Part shown: positions 63,285 to 64,000 of the stretch, piece by piece | How positions within the stretch are numbered: position 1 is the stretch's first letter | Layout of the letters: each line of letters begins with the position of its first letter | Assembly (NCBI RefSeq): GCF_018350175.1 | Contig: NC_058377.1 | Coordinates: 30,566,001 to 30,630,000 of the forward strand | Length of the DNA: 64,000 bases | Direction of reading: 5' to 3' | DNA from: Felis catus | Lineage: Eukaryota | Notes under the pieces: model-generated | Told to the model about the DNA's origin: nothing | What the model saw: the letters and a program-made list of their open reading frames with translations, nothing else | Database searches by the model: none | Program-made: the position numbers and the translations under genes

Positions 63285-64000
63285 AAATCATCTTGGAAGG
63301 AACAATGTGGTCAAGAAATTCTTCCATGAGGATGTGACGTTTGAAGTGGTTCCCCAAAGACACATGAAAGCTAGAAAACTGAGTGGGCTGAAGAGGAAAC
63401 AATGTAGGCAAAAGGGACCATGTAGGTTACTCCAGTGGCTTGAGAGAGCATGACAAGCAGTAAGAAGTTCAAATAACTGAGAGTAGCTAGATTCAAGGCT
63501 ATAGATGAGGGTGTAATATGAGATGTTGACATGATGTTATTCATGACCAAAGGACTTCTTTATTTCAGCCATGACTTTTTTAGTTATAGAAGAGATTTTA
63601 ACTGGATTCTGAAGGTAATATGGAGCCACTTAAGAATTTTAAACAGAACAACATGAGCTGATATTGGGTTTATAGGATGTAAGAGTCTTATAGGCATTCA
63701 TTCCATGGATATTCGTTGAGCACTTACCAATGTTCTAGTACCTGTGCTACTCACAATTTTGAAGACAAAAGTCTAGAGACAGAAGATACAGGCAGGTGCC
63801 TACAGATCATTTTAACAATCTGAATGAAAACTGATGCAGTTTGCTTTAGGCTGGTGGCAGTGAGGTGGCCATTGCTGTGGGGGGTGCGCAAGGAGTATCT
63901 TAGTGCTTAGCAGAGATCCTCACCTCTTCTGGGAGTCTGTCCTCAGCAGCTGCTAATGCTAGGCTTGAACTACACTAGGCAGTGCAATTCTAGGGAACAA

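Noticed and set aside
679-63411. The many 60-200 aa ORFs in the six-frame track as host genes
   Set aside because: No recognisable domains. Many run through N gaps, SINEs or low-complexity tracts or start at non-ATG codons; only the L1 and ERV ORFs resemble real proteins.

Overview
Mammalian genomic DNA from a felid (cat family), identified by about 28 tRNA-derived Can-SINEs including young SINEC_Fc-type copies and by carnivore/felid L1 3' ends. There are five assembly gaps. I recognise no host protein-coding gene, RNA gene or CRISPR array; the only protein-like ORFs are L1 ORF2 fragments and decayed retroviral gag, integrase and env. The window has three parts. (1) 1-16.6 kb is repeat-rich (MIR, MLT1, L1, SINEs) and holds an 82-bp ungapped inverted repeat (11822-11903 vs 14296-14377) that I cannot assign to a repeat family; all its transition mismatches are G.U-compatible on the + strand. 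(2) 16.6-46.7 kb is mostly unique sequence almost free of Can-SINEs, with enhancer- and promoter-like motifs, a CTCF motif, and a cluster of minus-strand splice signals including a ~175-nt AG-exclusion zone, suggesting a spliced transcript I cannot name. (3) 46.7-58.6 kb is an old ERV1-class provirus with both ends intact (two LTRs, AGAC target-site duplication (TSD), tRNA-Leu primer-binding site (PBS), polypurine tract (PPT), gag/integrase/env relics, no recognisable protease or RT). It is filled with nested SINEs, L1s and two solo LTRs, and is followed by old L1/L2 sequence. All annotation is by eye; subfamily names and boundaries of old repeats are approximate.
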